Below are positions 29,941 through 39,855 of a stretch of DNA of 64,000 nucleotides, piece after piece. The stretch is taken from assembly GCA_963674965.2 (NCBI GenBank), contig CAXXFL010000001.1:32001-96000 (forward strand). Direction: 5' to 3'. Under the pieces are notes generated by a model. The model had not been told where the DNA came from and did no database searches. It saw nothing but the letters and a program-made list of their open reading frames with translations. This DNA is from a bacterium (GTDB taxonomy: Bacteria > RBG-13-61-14 > DATKZS01). The position numbers and the translations under genes are program-made. Every line of letters starts with the position of its first letter. Position 1 is the first letter of the stretch.

Positions 29941-31878
29941 CTACTTGTCGAGAAGGATGGGAGGCGCGTCCTCCACCCTGGGCCGGGCCGCGTCGGACCA
30001 GGTCTCCACGTAAAGAGGATCGCCAAGGCCGAGGTCCTCGCTGAAGATTTCACGGGCCGGCTTTCCGGGCATGTCCTTGCCCAGGGGAAAGCCCATCATG
30101 TAAAGGACGGTGGGAGCAAGGTCGAGAGGACTCATATTATCGAGGACCACGGGCTCGATCCCTTCTCCCGCCATGACGACGCAGCCGCGCGGGGTCCTTT
30201 TGGCGGAGACGTCCCGGAAGGAGCGGCGGACGCCGGCGAGGGGGATCGGGTCCTTGTCGTCCCGCCCTCGATAAGCGTAATTGTCCAGAAGGGCCTCCTC
30301 GTTCAAGGTGGCCAGAAGGTCGGGAGGGTCGAAGGCGTAGGGGGTGATGACCTCCTTGTCCGGGTTCATTTCCACCCGCTCGAAGAGCCTGGCGTTCCTC
30401 TCGGTCCTCAAGTCGAGGAGGGCGTTTTTTACCTCCTTGGCCGCTTTCCCGTGGTCGCCGAAGGGAATGATGCCCTCGGGCTCGCGGTCCTTGAGGTTCA
30501 CGAAAATCCCGACGACTTTCTTTTCCGGCTCCTCCAGCGCCCAGGCCGCCGTCTCGTTCCAGTAAATGTCCCGCTTGGCCATGCCGGGCAAAAGCGAGCC
30601 CGATATCTTGAGCATCAGCTTGATCCTGGCGTTTTGATGCTCCTCGTTCTCGGGCGGATGGAACTTGAAGCGCGTCGAGACGTAGGCCTCGACCGCCGCC
30701 GGGTGCATGCTTTTCTCGCCCTTGGCCAGCCACTTGCGGGTCTCGTCCTCCAGCTCCCGGCAGACGTAGAACACGCTCTCCGACCTCGGCTCGGGTACCT
30801 CGAGTTCTCCCTTCTCGGCCAGCTTCATGAGCGCCCCGTCGCAGCTATAGCCCTCGTAGGTCAGGAGTCCCATGTACTCGAGCAGGCGGTTGGCGGACAT
30901 GAAGACGTCCGCCGGCGGAAAGGACGGGCCCATGCCGTAGGGCGAGACGATAATCGCGTTATAGCCCTCGGCCTCGGAAAGCAGGCCGCCGATCAGCCGG
31001 TCCAGGAAGCGGTAATGTTCCTCGATCACGCGTCGGTACCTCTCGCGGTCGGCGGCGGTCACGTTGGAAACGTGATCCTCTCCCATGGGCCAGGCGAATT
31101 TCCAGAAGGCGCGGGAAACCTCCTCCAGCCCCTGGAACCTCACCATGACCAGGTCCGGCCGCTCCTCCCGCATTATCTCGAGGGCGCGGGAAAAGGCCAT
31201 CCGGTCCTCCTCGTAGGCCCGCCGGGCCCTCGAGTCCCTGACCTTTTCCAGTTCCTCCTCGTAGTCGAGCGCCTTGGGCGGCGGCGCCGTCTTCACCCGC
31301 TCGCGCCACTCGGGAGGAAGAGTACGGGGCCCCTCCCCCCCCTTGCCCAGGTCCTCCGCCACGAAGACGCCGCGCTCGAGTTCCTCCGCCGGGTAGGCCG
31401 CCTTCCAGTTGATCACGCCCGAGCTTTTTCCGCCCCGGTCCACCACGTTCCACAGGGCGGGGGCGCGTCGGAACGCGCTCGTGGCCAGGACCGGCTTGTA
31501 CTGGCGCGGCGGCTTGAGCTTTTCCCCGCTGATACCGTGGACCTGAGGAGTCACTCCCGTCGCGAGGGTGGTATATAGTGAGGCCGAGACGAGGGGGGGC
31601 GTTGAGGTCATCTCTCCCCTGGCCCCGACGGCCAGGAGTCTGGCCAGGCGCGGCATGTCCCCCTCGTTGATCAGCTCGATGGCCCGGTCCAGGTTGAAGC
31701 CGTCTATGCCGATGACGAGGACTTTAGTATTGCTCGACTTGATCGACTCGATGACCTCGGGCGAGGACGGGGGCAACGTCTCCGTTCCCTTGTCCGCCGG
31801 CCTCAAGTAGAGCCAGTAAAAAAAAGCCGCGGCCAGCATTATCCCGGCCGCGATCTCGACGTAGTTCCTACGGTTCAT
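29941..31878 (-). CDS. Alkaline phosphatase superfamily (type I phosphodiesterase-like) protein, metal ligands degenerate
   Basis: N-terminal TM; VLVIGIDG, TTLATG..P..HGI, DLAPTVLY.MG..MPG. Confidence 0.75.
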   Translation of the reverse strand: MNRRNYVEIAAGIMLAAAFFYWLYLRPADKGTETLPPSSPEVIESIKSSNTKVLVIGIDGFNLDRAIELINEGDMPRLARLLAVGARGEMTSTPPLVSASLYTTLATGVTPQVHGISGEKLKPPRQYKPVLATSAFRRAPALWNVVDRGGKSSGVINWKAAYPAEELERGVFVAEDLGKGGEGPRTLPPEWRERVKTAPPPKALDYEEELEKVRDSRARRAYEEDRMAFSRALEIMREERPDLVMVRFQGLEEVSRAFWKFAWPMGEDHVSNVTAADRERYRRVIEEHYRFLDRLIGGLLSEAEGYNAIIVSPYGMGPSFPPADVFMSANRLLEYMGLLTYEGYSCDGALMKLAEKGELEVPEPRSESVFYVCRELEDETRKWLAKGEKSMHPAAVEAYVSTRFKFHPPENEEHQNARIKLMLKISGSLLPGMAKRDIYWNETAAWALEEPEKKVVGIFVNLKDREPEGIIPFGDHGKAAKEVKNALLDLRTERNARLFERVEMNPDKEVITPYAFDPPDLLATLNEEALLDNYAYRGRDDKDPIPLAGVRRSFRDVSAKRTPRGCVVMAGEGIEPVVLDNMSPLDLAPTVLYMMGFPLGKDMPGKPAREIFSEDLGLGDPLYVETWSDAARPRVEDAPPILLDK

Positions 31879-32926
31879 GTATTTCCTCTTGCGCCCCTTT
31901 CCCGGGAGCGTCCACGTTTATCCGGAGCAAAAGGAGGGCGAAAACAATGGCCGTCAGGGCCAGGGTCGCCACCGCCCCCATCGCCATCTCGATGTCCAGG
32001 CGCATGATGAGGACGGCCAGCCCGCCCAGGACGAGACTTGTCCCCCAGTGCAGAAAGATCACCGTCCTTTTCGGCCAGCCCGCCCGCTGCAGCCTCTTGG
32101 CTATGTGGTCGGGCGAGCCTTGCCACACGGGAATGCCCCGCCTCCACCTGGCGGCCATGGTCACTCCCAGCTCGAAGCAGGGCACGCCCAGGATGATCAC
32201 CGGGCAGACCGCGGCCAGGTCGTTCTTTTCGCTGTAGCTGCCTATCATGGCCAGGGCGGGAAGGCACATGCCCAGAAAAAGGCTGCCCGCGTCGCCCAGG
32301 TAAATTTTAGCCGAGGGAAAAGGCGCGTTGAACGCGAGAAAGGCCATGGTCGCGCCCAAAAGGGCCACGGAGAAGATGGCCGCGTCCATCCTGCCGTTTA
32401 AAAGGGCCACGGCGATAAGCGCCGGCAGGCAACCCGCCGCGACCCCTCCGCAAAGCCCGTCCTCGATATCGAGGAAATTGAAGGCGTTGGCCACCCCCAC
32501 CAGCCACAAGACCGACAGTCCCCACGACAAAAGGGGAAGGTCGGCGGGCCACCTTACGGCCTTGAATATCTCGAGGTCCATGACCACGCCGCCCTTGATG
32601 AGGGCCACCGAGGCGATCAGTTGTCCCAACAGCTTCATCTTGGGGGTCATGACTCCGAAGTCGTCGATAAGTCCGACCATGAGCATGAGGGTCGCGCCCA
32701 ATAAAAGCCCGAGCAGGGAGGCGTTGAAGTCGGCCGCCACCGCCAGGGACGCGAGCATGGCCAGGTAGATGGCCACGCCGCCCAGGTAGGGCACGGGCTT
32801 TTCCTGGACCCGGAGCACGCCGTCGGGTTTGGCCACGATGCCCAGGTCCCGGGCGGCCCGGGCCGTGAGTGGCGTGACGTAAAGCCCGACGCCCATGGCC
32901 AGAAGAGCGGTGAAGAAAAAAATCAT
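31868..32926 (-). CDS. MraY/WecA-family polyprenyl-phosphate sugar-1-phosphate transferase
   Basis: PYLGG.AI, GLIDD, K..GQ, NAFNFLD..DGL, YLGDAGS; polytopic. Confidence 0.88.
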   Translation of the reverse strand: MIFFFTALLAMGVGLYVTPLTARAARDLGIVAKPDGVLRVQEKPVPYLGGVAIYLAMLASLAVAADFNASLLGLLLGATLMLMVGLIDDFGVMTPKMKLLGQLIASVALIKGGVVMDLEIFKAVRWPADLPLLSWGLSVLWLVGVANAFNFLDIEDGLCGGVAAGCLPALIAVALLNGRMDAAIFSVALLGATMAFLAFNAPFPSAKIYLGDAGSLFLGMCLPALAMIGSYSEKNDLAAVCPVIILGVPCFELGVTMAARWRRGIPVWQGSPDHIAKRLQRAGWPKRTVIFLHWGTSLVLGGLAVLIMRLDIEMAMGAVATLALTAIVFALLLLRINVDAPGKGAQEEIHEP

Positions 32927-34830
32927 TAGTCTTTCCTCATGGCCTTCCAGTTTACCATATCCCTCTTGATATCATCGAGCCACATCTCGAGCAGCATCAT
33001 CGAGAAGAGGGCCTGTCCCTGGTTTTCCCTTCCCGAGAGGTGCTCGGTTAGGACCCCTCCCGCGGCGACCGGGTCTAAAAGTCCGTCCTCCTTCAGTTTC
33101 CCCGGGCTGAGCAGGTCCGTGACCATCTCCTTCAACTCTTTCCTGAACCAGGCGTCGAGAGGCAGGGTGAAGCCGGCCTTCTCGCGGGCGGAGATGGCCT
33201 CGGGCACCAGCCCCTTCACCGCTCGCTTGAGGACCAGCTTTCTCCCGAGCCGTTTAATTTTTTCCTCCGGGGGAATCCTGAGGGCCAGCTCGACCATCCT
33301 GTGGTCCAGGAAGGGCACGCGGGCCTCGAGGCCCACCGCCATGCTGGCCCGGTCCACCTTGGTCAGGAGGTCGTCGGGCAGCCAGGTGACCAGGTCCGTC
33401 CGCAGCGTCCGGTCGAGGTCGAAGGTCTTCTTTTGCCCCGCGAACAAGTCGCGAAAGATATCGAGCGTCGCTCGGCCGGCCGCGGGGTCGCCCGTAATCG
33501 AGCCGATCAGGTCGGGCGGCATAACCAGGAGCCAGGCCAAGTGCCTCGCGGCGGGGTCCTTCTCCCCGATGGCGCGAAGGCCCTTCCTGACCCGCCTCAT
33601 GCCCGGCGCCCGGGCGAAGGGGGCCTCGAACAACAGCCGCCGCAAAGGACCGGGGATGGGCCGGTAATAAGTTGCCAGCGAGCCGAGGGCGTAGCGCTGG
33701 TATCCGCCGAACAGCTCGTCTCCGCCCTCCCCGGAGAGGGCCACGGTCACGCTTTGGCGGGCGAACCTCGAGACAAGGTAAGTGGGAATAACGGCGGGGT
33801 CGGCGATCAGGTCGTCCAGCCTCGAGACCACCTCGGGCAGGGCGTCGATCATGTCCCTGGCCGACACGGTGAGGGAATGGTGCTCGGTGGCGAAGGTCCG
33901 GGCCGCCAGGCTCGACCACTTGGTCTCGTTCACCTCGCCGGCTCCAAGGTCGGCCTGAAAGTCCACCGAGAAGGTCTTGAGCCCCTCGCCCTTGTGGCGT
34001 CTCATGAGACCCACCAGGGTGGTCGAGTCGATGCCGCCGCTTAAAAAGGCCCCGAGGGGAACGTCGGCTATCAGCCGCAGTCTGACCGAGTCGCTTAGAA
34101 GCTCGAGAAGCTCCTCCTCCGCCTCGCGGCCGCGAAGGTCGGGCGGCCCCTGGGGAAGCGACCAGTACTTGTCCTCCTTGACCTCCCCGTCACTGACCAC
34201 CAGGCGGCGGCCGGGACCAAGCTCGCTTATCCCCTTGAAAAGGGTCCGGGGCGTGGGCGCGTACTGGACCGCCAGGTAGGCCCATACCGAGGACGGGTCT
34301 ATCTCCGGCGTCCGCTCCATGGCCGCCAAAAGGGGCTTGATCTCGGAGGCGAAAAGAAAACGAGCGCCCTCGACGGCGTAATAAAGGGGCTTGATGCCCA
34401 ACCGGTCGCGAGCCAGAAAAAGGGAGCGGGACTTTTGGTCCCAGATAGCCAAGGCGAACATGCCGTTGAACTTGAGCGCGCAGTCCGGCCCGTCCTCCTC
34501 GTATTGATGCGCGATGACCTCGGTGTCCGAGTCGGTCCGGAACTCATGGCCCCGCGAGACGAGGTCTTTTCTTAGCTCCTTGAAGTTGTAAATCTCGCCG
34601 TTAAAGGACACCTGGACCGAGCCGTCCTCATTGCCCATGGGCTGCTTGCCCCCGGCCAGGTCGATGATGGAAAGACGCCTGTGGCCCAGCCCCGCCATGG
34701 GAGGATCGGCCAGATAGAAGCCCTCCGCGTCGGGTCCCCGTCGCCGGATGAGCCCGGCCATGGTCTTGATGGTGGAAAGGCTGACGGCGCCGGCGCCGTC
34801 CAGCCTTATTTCTCCGCATATTCCGCACAT
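32926..34830 (-). CDS. asnB: Asparagine synthase-like glutamine amidotransferase
   Basis: N-terminal MCGICG, RGPD, HRRLSIIDL, NGEIYN, LSGGIDS, SGEGGDELFGGY, KVDRASMA..LEARVPFLD. Confidence 0.93.
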   Translation of the reverse strand: MCGICGEIRLDGAGAVSLSTIKTMAGLIRRRGPDAEGFYLADPPMAGLGHRRLSIIDLAGGKQPMGNEDGSVQVSFNGEIYNFKELRKDLVSRGHEFRTDSDTEVIAHQYEEDGPDCALKFNGMFALAIWDQKSRSLFLARDRLGIKPLYYAVEGARFLFASEIKPLLAAMERTPEIDPSSVWAYLAVQYAPTPRTLFKGISELGPGRRLVVSDGEVKEDKYWSLPQGPPDLRGREAEEELLELLSDSVRLRLIADVPLGAFLSGGIDSTTLVGLMRRHKGEGLKTFSVDFQADLGAGEVNETKWSSLAARTFATEHHSLTVSARDMIDALPEVVSRLDDLIADPAVIPTYLVSRFARQSVTVALSGEGGDELFGGYQRYALGSLATYYRPIPGPLRRLLFEAPFARAPGMRRVRKGLRAIGEKDPAARHLAWLLVMPPDLIGSITGDPAAGRATLDIFRDLFAGQKKTFDLDRTLRTDLVTWLPDDLLTKVDRASMAVGLEARVPFLDHRMVELALRIPPEEKIKRLGRKLVLKRAVKGLVPEAISAREKAGFTLPLDAWFRKELKEMVTDLLSPGKLKEDGLLDPVAAGGVLTEHLSGRENQGQALFSMMLLEMWLDDIKRDMVNWKAMRKD

Positions 34831-34956
34831 TTGTAAGAAGGTATCATGAGCCGCGAACCCTGGCAAAGGAGCGGCCGGGTGAAATAGGTTTTAAGCTGGA
34901 CGGCCCCGATGGATAAAGACCCGGAAAGGGGCCCGGCCCGCGGGATGAACGCCGGC

Positions 34957-36387
34957 CTATTCGGTCGTGTCGCCACCGGAGGGGGAAGTCCCGCCGCCCG
35001 TGATATAGCCCAGACTCCTTAGCTTTTCGATCGTGTCCTTATCGAGCTGGGCCGCGGCCGGCGCCTCCTCATTGAGAAGGGCCTCGAGGTCGGCCGCGAT
35101 GCTCTTGACCTGGTTCTTGACCGCCTCGGGAAGCTTGGCGGCGCCGAAGACGTTATTGGTCTCGCCCGGGTCGGCGGACAGGTCGTAAACCTCTATCTTG
35201 CCCGACTCGACGTTGATGATGAGCTTGAAATTCTCCGCGTAAAAGGCCTGGCGCTGCGGCCCGTAGTGCAGGTTCTCGCTCACGATGACGTGGGGCGGGA
35301 CCTTGAGCGCGCCGCCGCGCGGATAAAGGCTCACGCCGTCGATGGTAAAGGGCGTGGTCCAGCCCATGAACTCCGCCACCGTGGGAAAGACGTCGAGGAG
35401 GGACACGTATTCCTTGACCTCGGCGCCCGCGTGGCTCTGGCCGGGGTACTTGATGACCAGGGGTACCTCGAGGACCTCCCGGTGCAGGCTGTGCCCGTGC
35501 TCGAACCCGCCGTGCTCCCAGAATTCCTCACCGTGGTCGGAGGTGACGATAATAAGGGACTTGTCGTATATCCCCTTTTCCTTCAGGCGTTTGAGAAAGA
35601 CTCCAAGCTCCTTGTCCACCGCGACTATCTCGCCGTCGAACAGTCCCTTCACGTATTCCTTGTCCTCGGGGCTAAGGACCGTCTTGCCCGAGCGGAGGTC
35701 CTCCATCTCGGGGTCGAAGGGTATCTTCAACTCCCCCTTGTACTCGTTTATATAGGGAAGGGCCGTCATGAGGGGAGGGTTGTAAGCCAGGTGGGGATCG
35801 AAATAATGGACGACCATGAAGAAGGGGTCGCCGCCGTTCTCGTCGATCCATTTATTGGCCGCGGCCGTGACCAGGGGCGCGGGCCGTATATTCAGTTCGT
35901 CTCCGCCTTGGTAGTCGTAAAGGTCGAACCCCTTGTCGAGGCCAAAGCCGGGATGAACGAAGGGGTTCTGGAAGAAGCCCACGGTCTTGTATCCCCTTTC
36001 CTGGAAGAGCTCGGCCAAGGTCACCATGTCGGGCCGCATGGGGGTCATGCGGCGGTCGGCCATGGTGGGGGGATCGAGGTGGGTCCCGGCCTTGTGCCGG
36101 GAAGGATAGGCCCCGGTGAACAGCCCGGCTATCGAGGGCAGGGTCCAGGGCGCGGAGGCTATGGCCCGCTCGAACCGAACGCCGTCCTTGGCGAAGTCGT
36201 CCAGCCGCGGCGTGGTCGAGCGCTCGTAGCCGTAGCAGCCCACGTGGCCGGCCGGGAGGGTGTCGATAATCACCATCACCACCGAAGGCTTTTCTCCCCC
36301 CCTGGGGCACCCGTATATGGCCGCCGCGAGACAAGCCAAAATCAATAAAAAAATTCCAATAACGGTTATTCTCGATTTCTTCATCAC
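34957..36387 (-). CDS. Sulfatase-like hydrolase/transferase, exported
   Basis: IIDTL, PWTLPS...FTG, HYFDPH, TSDHGEEF.EHG, C-terminal LRSLGY; N-terminal signal. Confidence 0.85.
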   Translation of the reverse strand: MMKKSRITVIGIFLLILACLAAAIYGCPRGGEKPSVVMVIIDTLPAGHVGCYGYERSTTPRLDDFAKDGVRFERAIASAPWTLPSIAGLFTGAYPSRHKAGTHLDPPTMADRRMTPMRPDMVTLAELFQERGYKTVGFFQNPFVHPGFGLDKGFDLYDYQGGDELNIRPAPLVTAAANKWIDENGGDPFFMVVHYFDPHLAYNPPLMTALPYINEYKGELKIPFDPEMEDLRSGKTVLSPEDKEYVKGLFDGEIVAVDKELGVFLKRLKEKGIYDKSLIIVTSDHGEEFWEHGGFEHGHSLHREVLEVPLVIKYPGQSHAGAEVKEYVSLLDVFPTVAEFMGWTTPFTIDGVSLYPRGGALKVPPHVIVSENLHYGPQRQAFYAENFKLIINVESGKIEVYDLSADPGETNNVFGAAKLPEAVKNQVKSIAADLEALLNEEAPAAAQLDKDTIEKLRSLGYITGGGTSPSGGDTTE

Positions 36388-37007
36388 GTGAAGAGCACCC
36401 CTTTGATTATTTTCTCCGCCGGAAGCCGGGCCTCGAGGGCCCGGACCAGATCGCTGTTATGGGGACCCAGAACGTATTCATCACCCCCGGAGGACCTCCA
36501 CTTCAGTCCCGGCGACCTTAATACAGGCTCGGGCATCGGACCGGATTTGTCAACCCAGCGCATAAAGGCCGGCACGAAGCCCGCCTCCGTCTTGATCCGG
36601 ACGTCGGGGGACTTGCCCCGGCTGGGACGGGAGCATACCTGGACCTCGATGACCTTGTCCCACCCCGCCGAGAACTCGCCCGCCGGAGTGACCGACCGAA
36701 AGCCGGACTCGGAAATCTCCAGCCGGGCGAACTCCATCATAACCCCTCGGTTTCGGGCCATCATGTAGTATCCGAGTCCCCAGCCGCCGAAGACGATCGA
36801 GGTCAGCATCGCGGGGAACCTGGGGTCGCCGCCCGGGCCGGCGGCCCATTTGATCCACACCGCCGCGGCCGCTACCAGGAGGACCGCCGAAAAGGCCTCC
36901 AACTGAACGCGTCCGGCCCTGGCCGAGTAAAGGATGGGGTCCACGAAAACGGCCGCCGGGTCCTGATGAGAGGCAAAGTCCTCTTTTGTATCGCCTTTTT
37001 CCGTCAT
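36384..37007 (-). CDS. Hypothetical membrane protein (2 TM)
   Basis: Stop overlaps sulfatase start; two hydrophobic segments. Confidence 0.6.
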   Translation of the reverse strand: MTEKGDTKEDFASHQDPAAVFVDPILYSARAGRVQLEAFSAVLLVAAAAVWIKWAAGPGGDPRFPAMLTSIVFGGWGLGYYMMARNRGVMMEFARLEISESGFRSVTPAGEFSAGWDKVIEVQVCSRPSRGKSPDVRIKTEAGFVPAFMRWVDKSGPMPEPVLRSPGLKWRSSGGDEYVLGPHNSDLVRALEARLPAEKIIKGVLFT

Positions 37008-37153
37008 GATCGATCACGTATTATGGCCGCCCGTTCCGGCCCAAGTCAAACTCCGCTTCCGGCGGCCACCGCCTCGGCCCCGCGCTTGATCGGGGCTTGG
37101 GTAAGTGTTTTAATACTTCGCGAAAGCTTTGCAAGGAGGTCCATGTCCGGGAC

Positions 37154-38158
37154 ATGAAGGTACTTATCACGGCGAACTTCACCGAGGAGGGCAAAAGGCG
37201 CCTCGAGTCCATGGGTCTCGAGGTCGTCCACGAGCCGTGGACCTCGCGGAGTAAGCTCCTGCTCAGCGAGGAACTGGCCGAGCGCGTCAACGAGGTCGGG
37301 GCGGACGCGGCCATAATCGAGGTCGACCTTTGCCACGAGGAGGTCTTCGAGGAGTGCTCCCTCCGCTTCGTGGGATGCTGCCGCGGCGACCCCATTACCG
37401 TGGACCTCGAGGAGGCCACCGACGCGGGAGTACCCGTGCTTTTCACGCCCGGAAGAAACGCCGACGCCGTGGCCGACCTGACCGTCGGGTTTATGCTCTG
37501 CCACCTGAGAAAAATCATCGACCTGAACGCGTCCCTCAAGTCCGGCCGGTTCAACCCCGAGACGCCCGCCGAGTACATGAAGCTCTTCCATGACCTCTCG
37601 GGCCTCGAGATCGGGGGACTGAAGATCGGAATAGTCGGACTGGGCGCGGTGGGAAGCGCCGTGGCCCGGCGCCTTGTTCCCTTCGGCCCGCGCCTCGCGG
37701 CCTTCGACCCCTTCGCGGACAAGGAAAGGTTCAGGTCCGCGGCCGCGGAAAAGGTCGAGTTGGCCGAGTTGTTCGCGGAATCGGACGTGGTGACCATCCA
37801 CGCGGCGGACGTGGACGAGAACAGGGGCATGATCGGTCGGGAGCTGATCGACTCGATGAAGCCGGGGGCCTTTTTTCTCAACCTGGCCCGCTCCTGGCTG
37901 ACGGACCAGGACGCCCTTTACGACGCCCTGTCACAAGGAAGGATCGGGGGAGCGGCCCTGGACGTGTTCGAGGACGAGCCGCCCTCCTCGGAGGACAGGT
38001 TCGTGCGGCTTCCCAACGTGATCGTGACTCCCCATTTCGGCGGCAACACCCGCGACGTGGTCAGGCATCAGACGGACATGATCGTGGCCGACGTCGAGGC
38101 CCTGCTCTCGGGCAAAAGGCCCCGGTTCGTGGCCAACCCCGAGGCGCTGGACTTGTGA
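37154..38158 (+). CDS. D-isomer-specific 2-hydroxyacid dehydrogenase (SerA-like, no ACT domain)
   Basis: TPGRNADAVA, GLGAVG, NLAR, DVFEDEP, TPHFGG. Confidence 0.9.
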   Translation: MKVLITANFTEEGKRRLESMGLEVVHEPWTSRSKLLLSEELAERVNEVGADAAIIEVDLCHEEVFEECSLRFVGCCRGDPITVDLEEATDAGVPVLFTPGRNADAVADLTVGFMLCHLRKIIDLNASLKSGRFNPETPAEYMKLFHDLSGLEIGGLKIGIVGLGAVGSAVARRLVPFGPRLAAFDPFADKERFRSAAAEKVELAELFAESDVVTIHAADVDENRGMIGRELIDSMKPGAFFLNLARSWLTDQDALYDALSQGRIGGAALDVFEDEPPSSEDRFVRLPNVIVTPHFGGNTRDVVRHQTDMIVADVEALLSGKRPRFVANPEALDL

Positions 38159-38159
38159 G

Positions 38160-39710
38160 ATGAAAAAGAGCGAGCCGGGACTGGCGAGAAAAGGCCTGGG
38201 CACGGGGGGAGTGGTCCTGGTCCTCGACGCCGGCACGGGCGGCGGCCGGGTGATGGCCGTGTCCGAGTCCGGCGCAATAGTGGCCCGGTCCTACCAGCCC
38301 TGGGGATACTTCGAGCCCGAGGGGTCCGAGTTTTACGGCCGGGAGTTCGATCCCCTCGAGTTCAGGAATATCCTCGCCGCCCGCTGCCGCGAGGTAGTGG
38401 GGACCCTGGGCAAAGTCCCCATCAAGGGCGTCACCACCACGGGCATGAGGCAGGGCTGCCTTTTCCTGGACGGACAGGGAAAGCCGCTTTACGGCGGCCC
38501 CAACCGGGACGTGAGGGGCCTTATCTACACCGAGGAGGTCGAGGAGCTTCTGGGCGGGAAAAAGGCCTACGAGATCACCGGTCACTGGCCGCCATGGATA
38601 TTCGCGCCCTGCCGCCTTCAGTGGTTCCGGGAAAGGGCCCCCGACCTGGCCGCCCGGATCGGGAAGATCGTCATGATCAACGACTGGCTCGTGCACTGGC
38701 TGGCGGGCGAGGCCTTTTCCGAGCCGACCAACGCCTGCGAGTCCATGCTCTTCGACGTGGCCGCCAGGGAATGGAGCCCGGAACTTCTCGAGGCCATGGA
38801 CCTCGATCCCGGGATCGTGCCCGAGTCGAGACCCTGCGGCTCGATAGTGGGCGAGACCACGGGCGCGGCCTCGGGGGCCTCCGGGATACCGGAGGGGACC
38901 CCCGTCATCCTGGGCATGGCCGACACTCAGGCCGCCGTGCTGGCGGCCGGGGCCACCGAGCCGGGGACGGCCGCGATAGTGGCGGGTTCGACCGCTCCGG
39001 TGATGATGGTCTCCGACTCCCCCCTCCTCGACCCGGAAGCCAGGCTGTGGATCGGGTGCCACCCGCTCGAGGACAGGTGGGTGATCGAGAGCAACGCGGG
39101 CGACGTGGGCCTTTCCTACCGTGGCTACGTCGAGGGTCACCTTGGCTTCCTGGGGGGAAACAAGGACGACCTTTACGAGAGAGTGGCAAAGCTGGCCGCC
39201 GACCTCGAGGTCGGGTCCATGGGAGCGCGGTCCTACCTGGGGCCGGTCATATGGGACCTTGCCCGCATGTCGCCCCAGGCCCGGGCGGGCATCTCCTTTA
39301 CCTTCCCGGCCGAGGAGATGAACGCCGGCCCCGCCGCGGTGGCCAGGGCCATGCTCGAAAGCTCGGCCTTCGCGATCAGGGCCAACCTCGAGCAAGCCGC
39401 GGCCCTCGCCGGCCCGCCCCGATCGGTGGTCATGGCGGGAGGGCTGACGAGGACGCCGGCCTTTAACCGGATCGTGGCCTCCGTCCTCGGCCGCGAGACG
39501 CTGGTCTTCGCCGAGCACGAGGCCACGGCCGTGGGCTGCGCCATGACCGCCTTCGCCGCCCTGGGCGTTTATAAAAGCGTGTTCGAGGCCCTCGAGCCGC
39601 TCAGGGAAAGCATGGCGCCGGCCGAGCCGGACGAGGACGAGGCCGATGAATACGACGATCTTTACGAGGAGTGGCGTGAAGGATACCTCGAGATCATGGG
39701 CATTGACTGA
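38160..39710 (+). CDS. FGGY-family carbohydrate kinase (LsrK-like motifs)
   Basis: LDAGTGGGR, GMRQG..FLD, NRD.R, ADTQAA, AGST, AGG. Confidence 0.85.
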   Translation: MKKSEPGLARKGLGTGGVVLVLDAGTGGGRVMAVSESGAIVARSYQPWGYFEPEGSEFYGREFDPLEFRNILAARCREVVGTLGKVPIKGVTTTGMRQGCLFLDGQGKPLYGGPNRDVRGLIYTEEVEELLGGKKAYEITGHWPPWIFAPCRLQWFRERAPDLAARIGKIVMINDWLVHWLAGEAFSEPTNACESMLFDVAAREWSPELLEAMDLDPGIVPESRPCGSIVGETTGAASGASGIPEGTPVILGMADTQAAVLAAGATEPGTAAIVAGSTAPVMMVSDSPLLDPEARLWIGCHPLEDRWVIESNAGDVGLSYRGYVEGHLGFLGGNKDDLYERVAKLAADLEVGSMGARSYLGPVIWDLARMSPQARAGISFTFPAEEMNAGPAAVARAMLESSAFAIRANLEQAAALAGPPRSVVMAGGLTRTPAFNRIVASVLGRETLVFAEHEATAVGCAMTAFAALGVYKSVFEALEPLRESMAPAEPDEDEADEYDDLYEEWREGYLEIMGID

Positions 39711-39855
39711 AAGTCGTGCTATAAATAGTAATGCGGCCCGCGAAAGCCGAGGGGGGCGGTTTTTTCAAGCCGCCCCTTCTCGCGACTTGGACGAGCCGGA
39801 TTCTTGCCCGAGAGGGACCGCCGCTCGCCGGCGGCTCGATTGAAGGAGGACCTTA

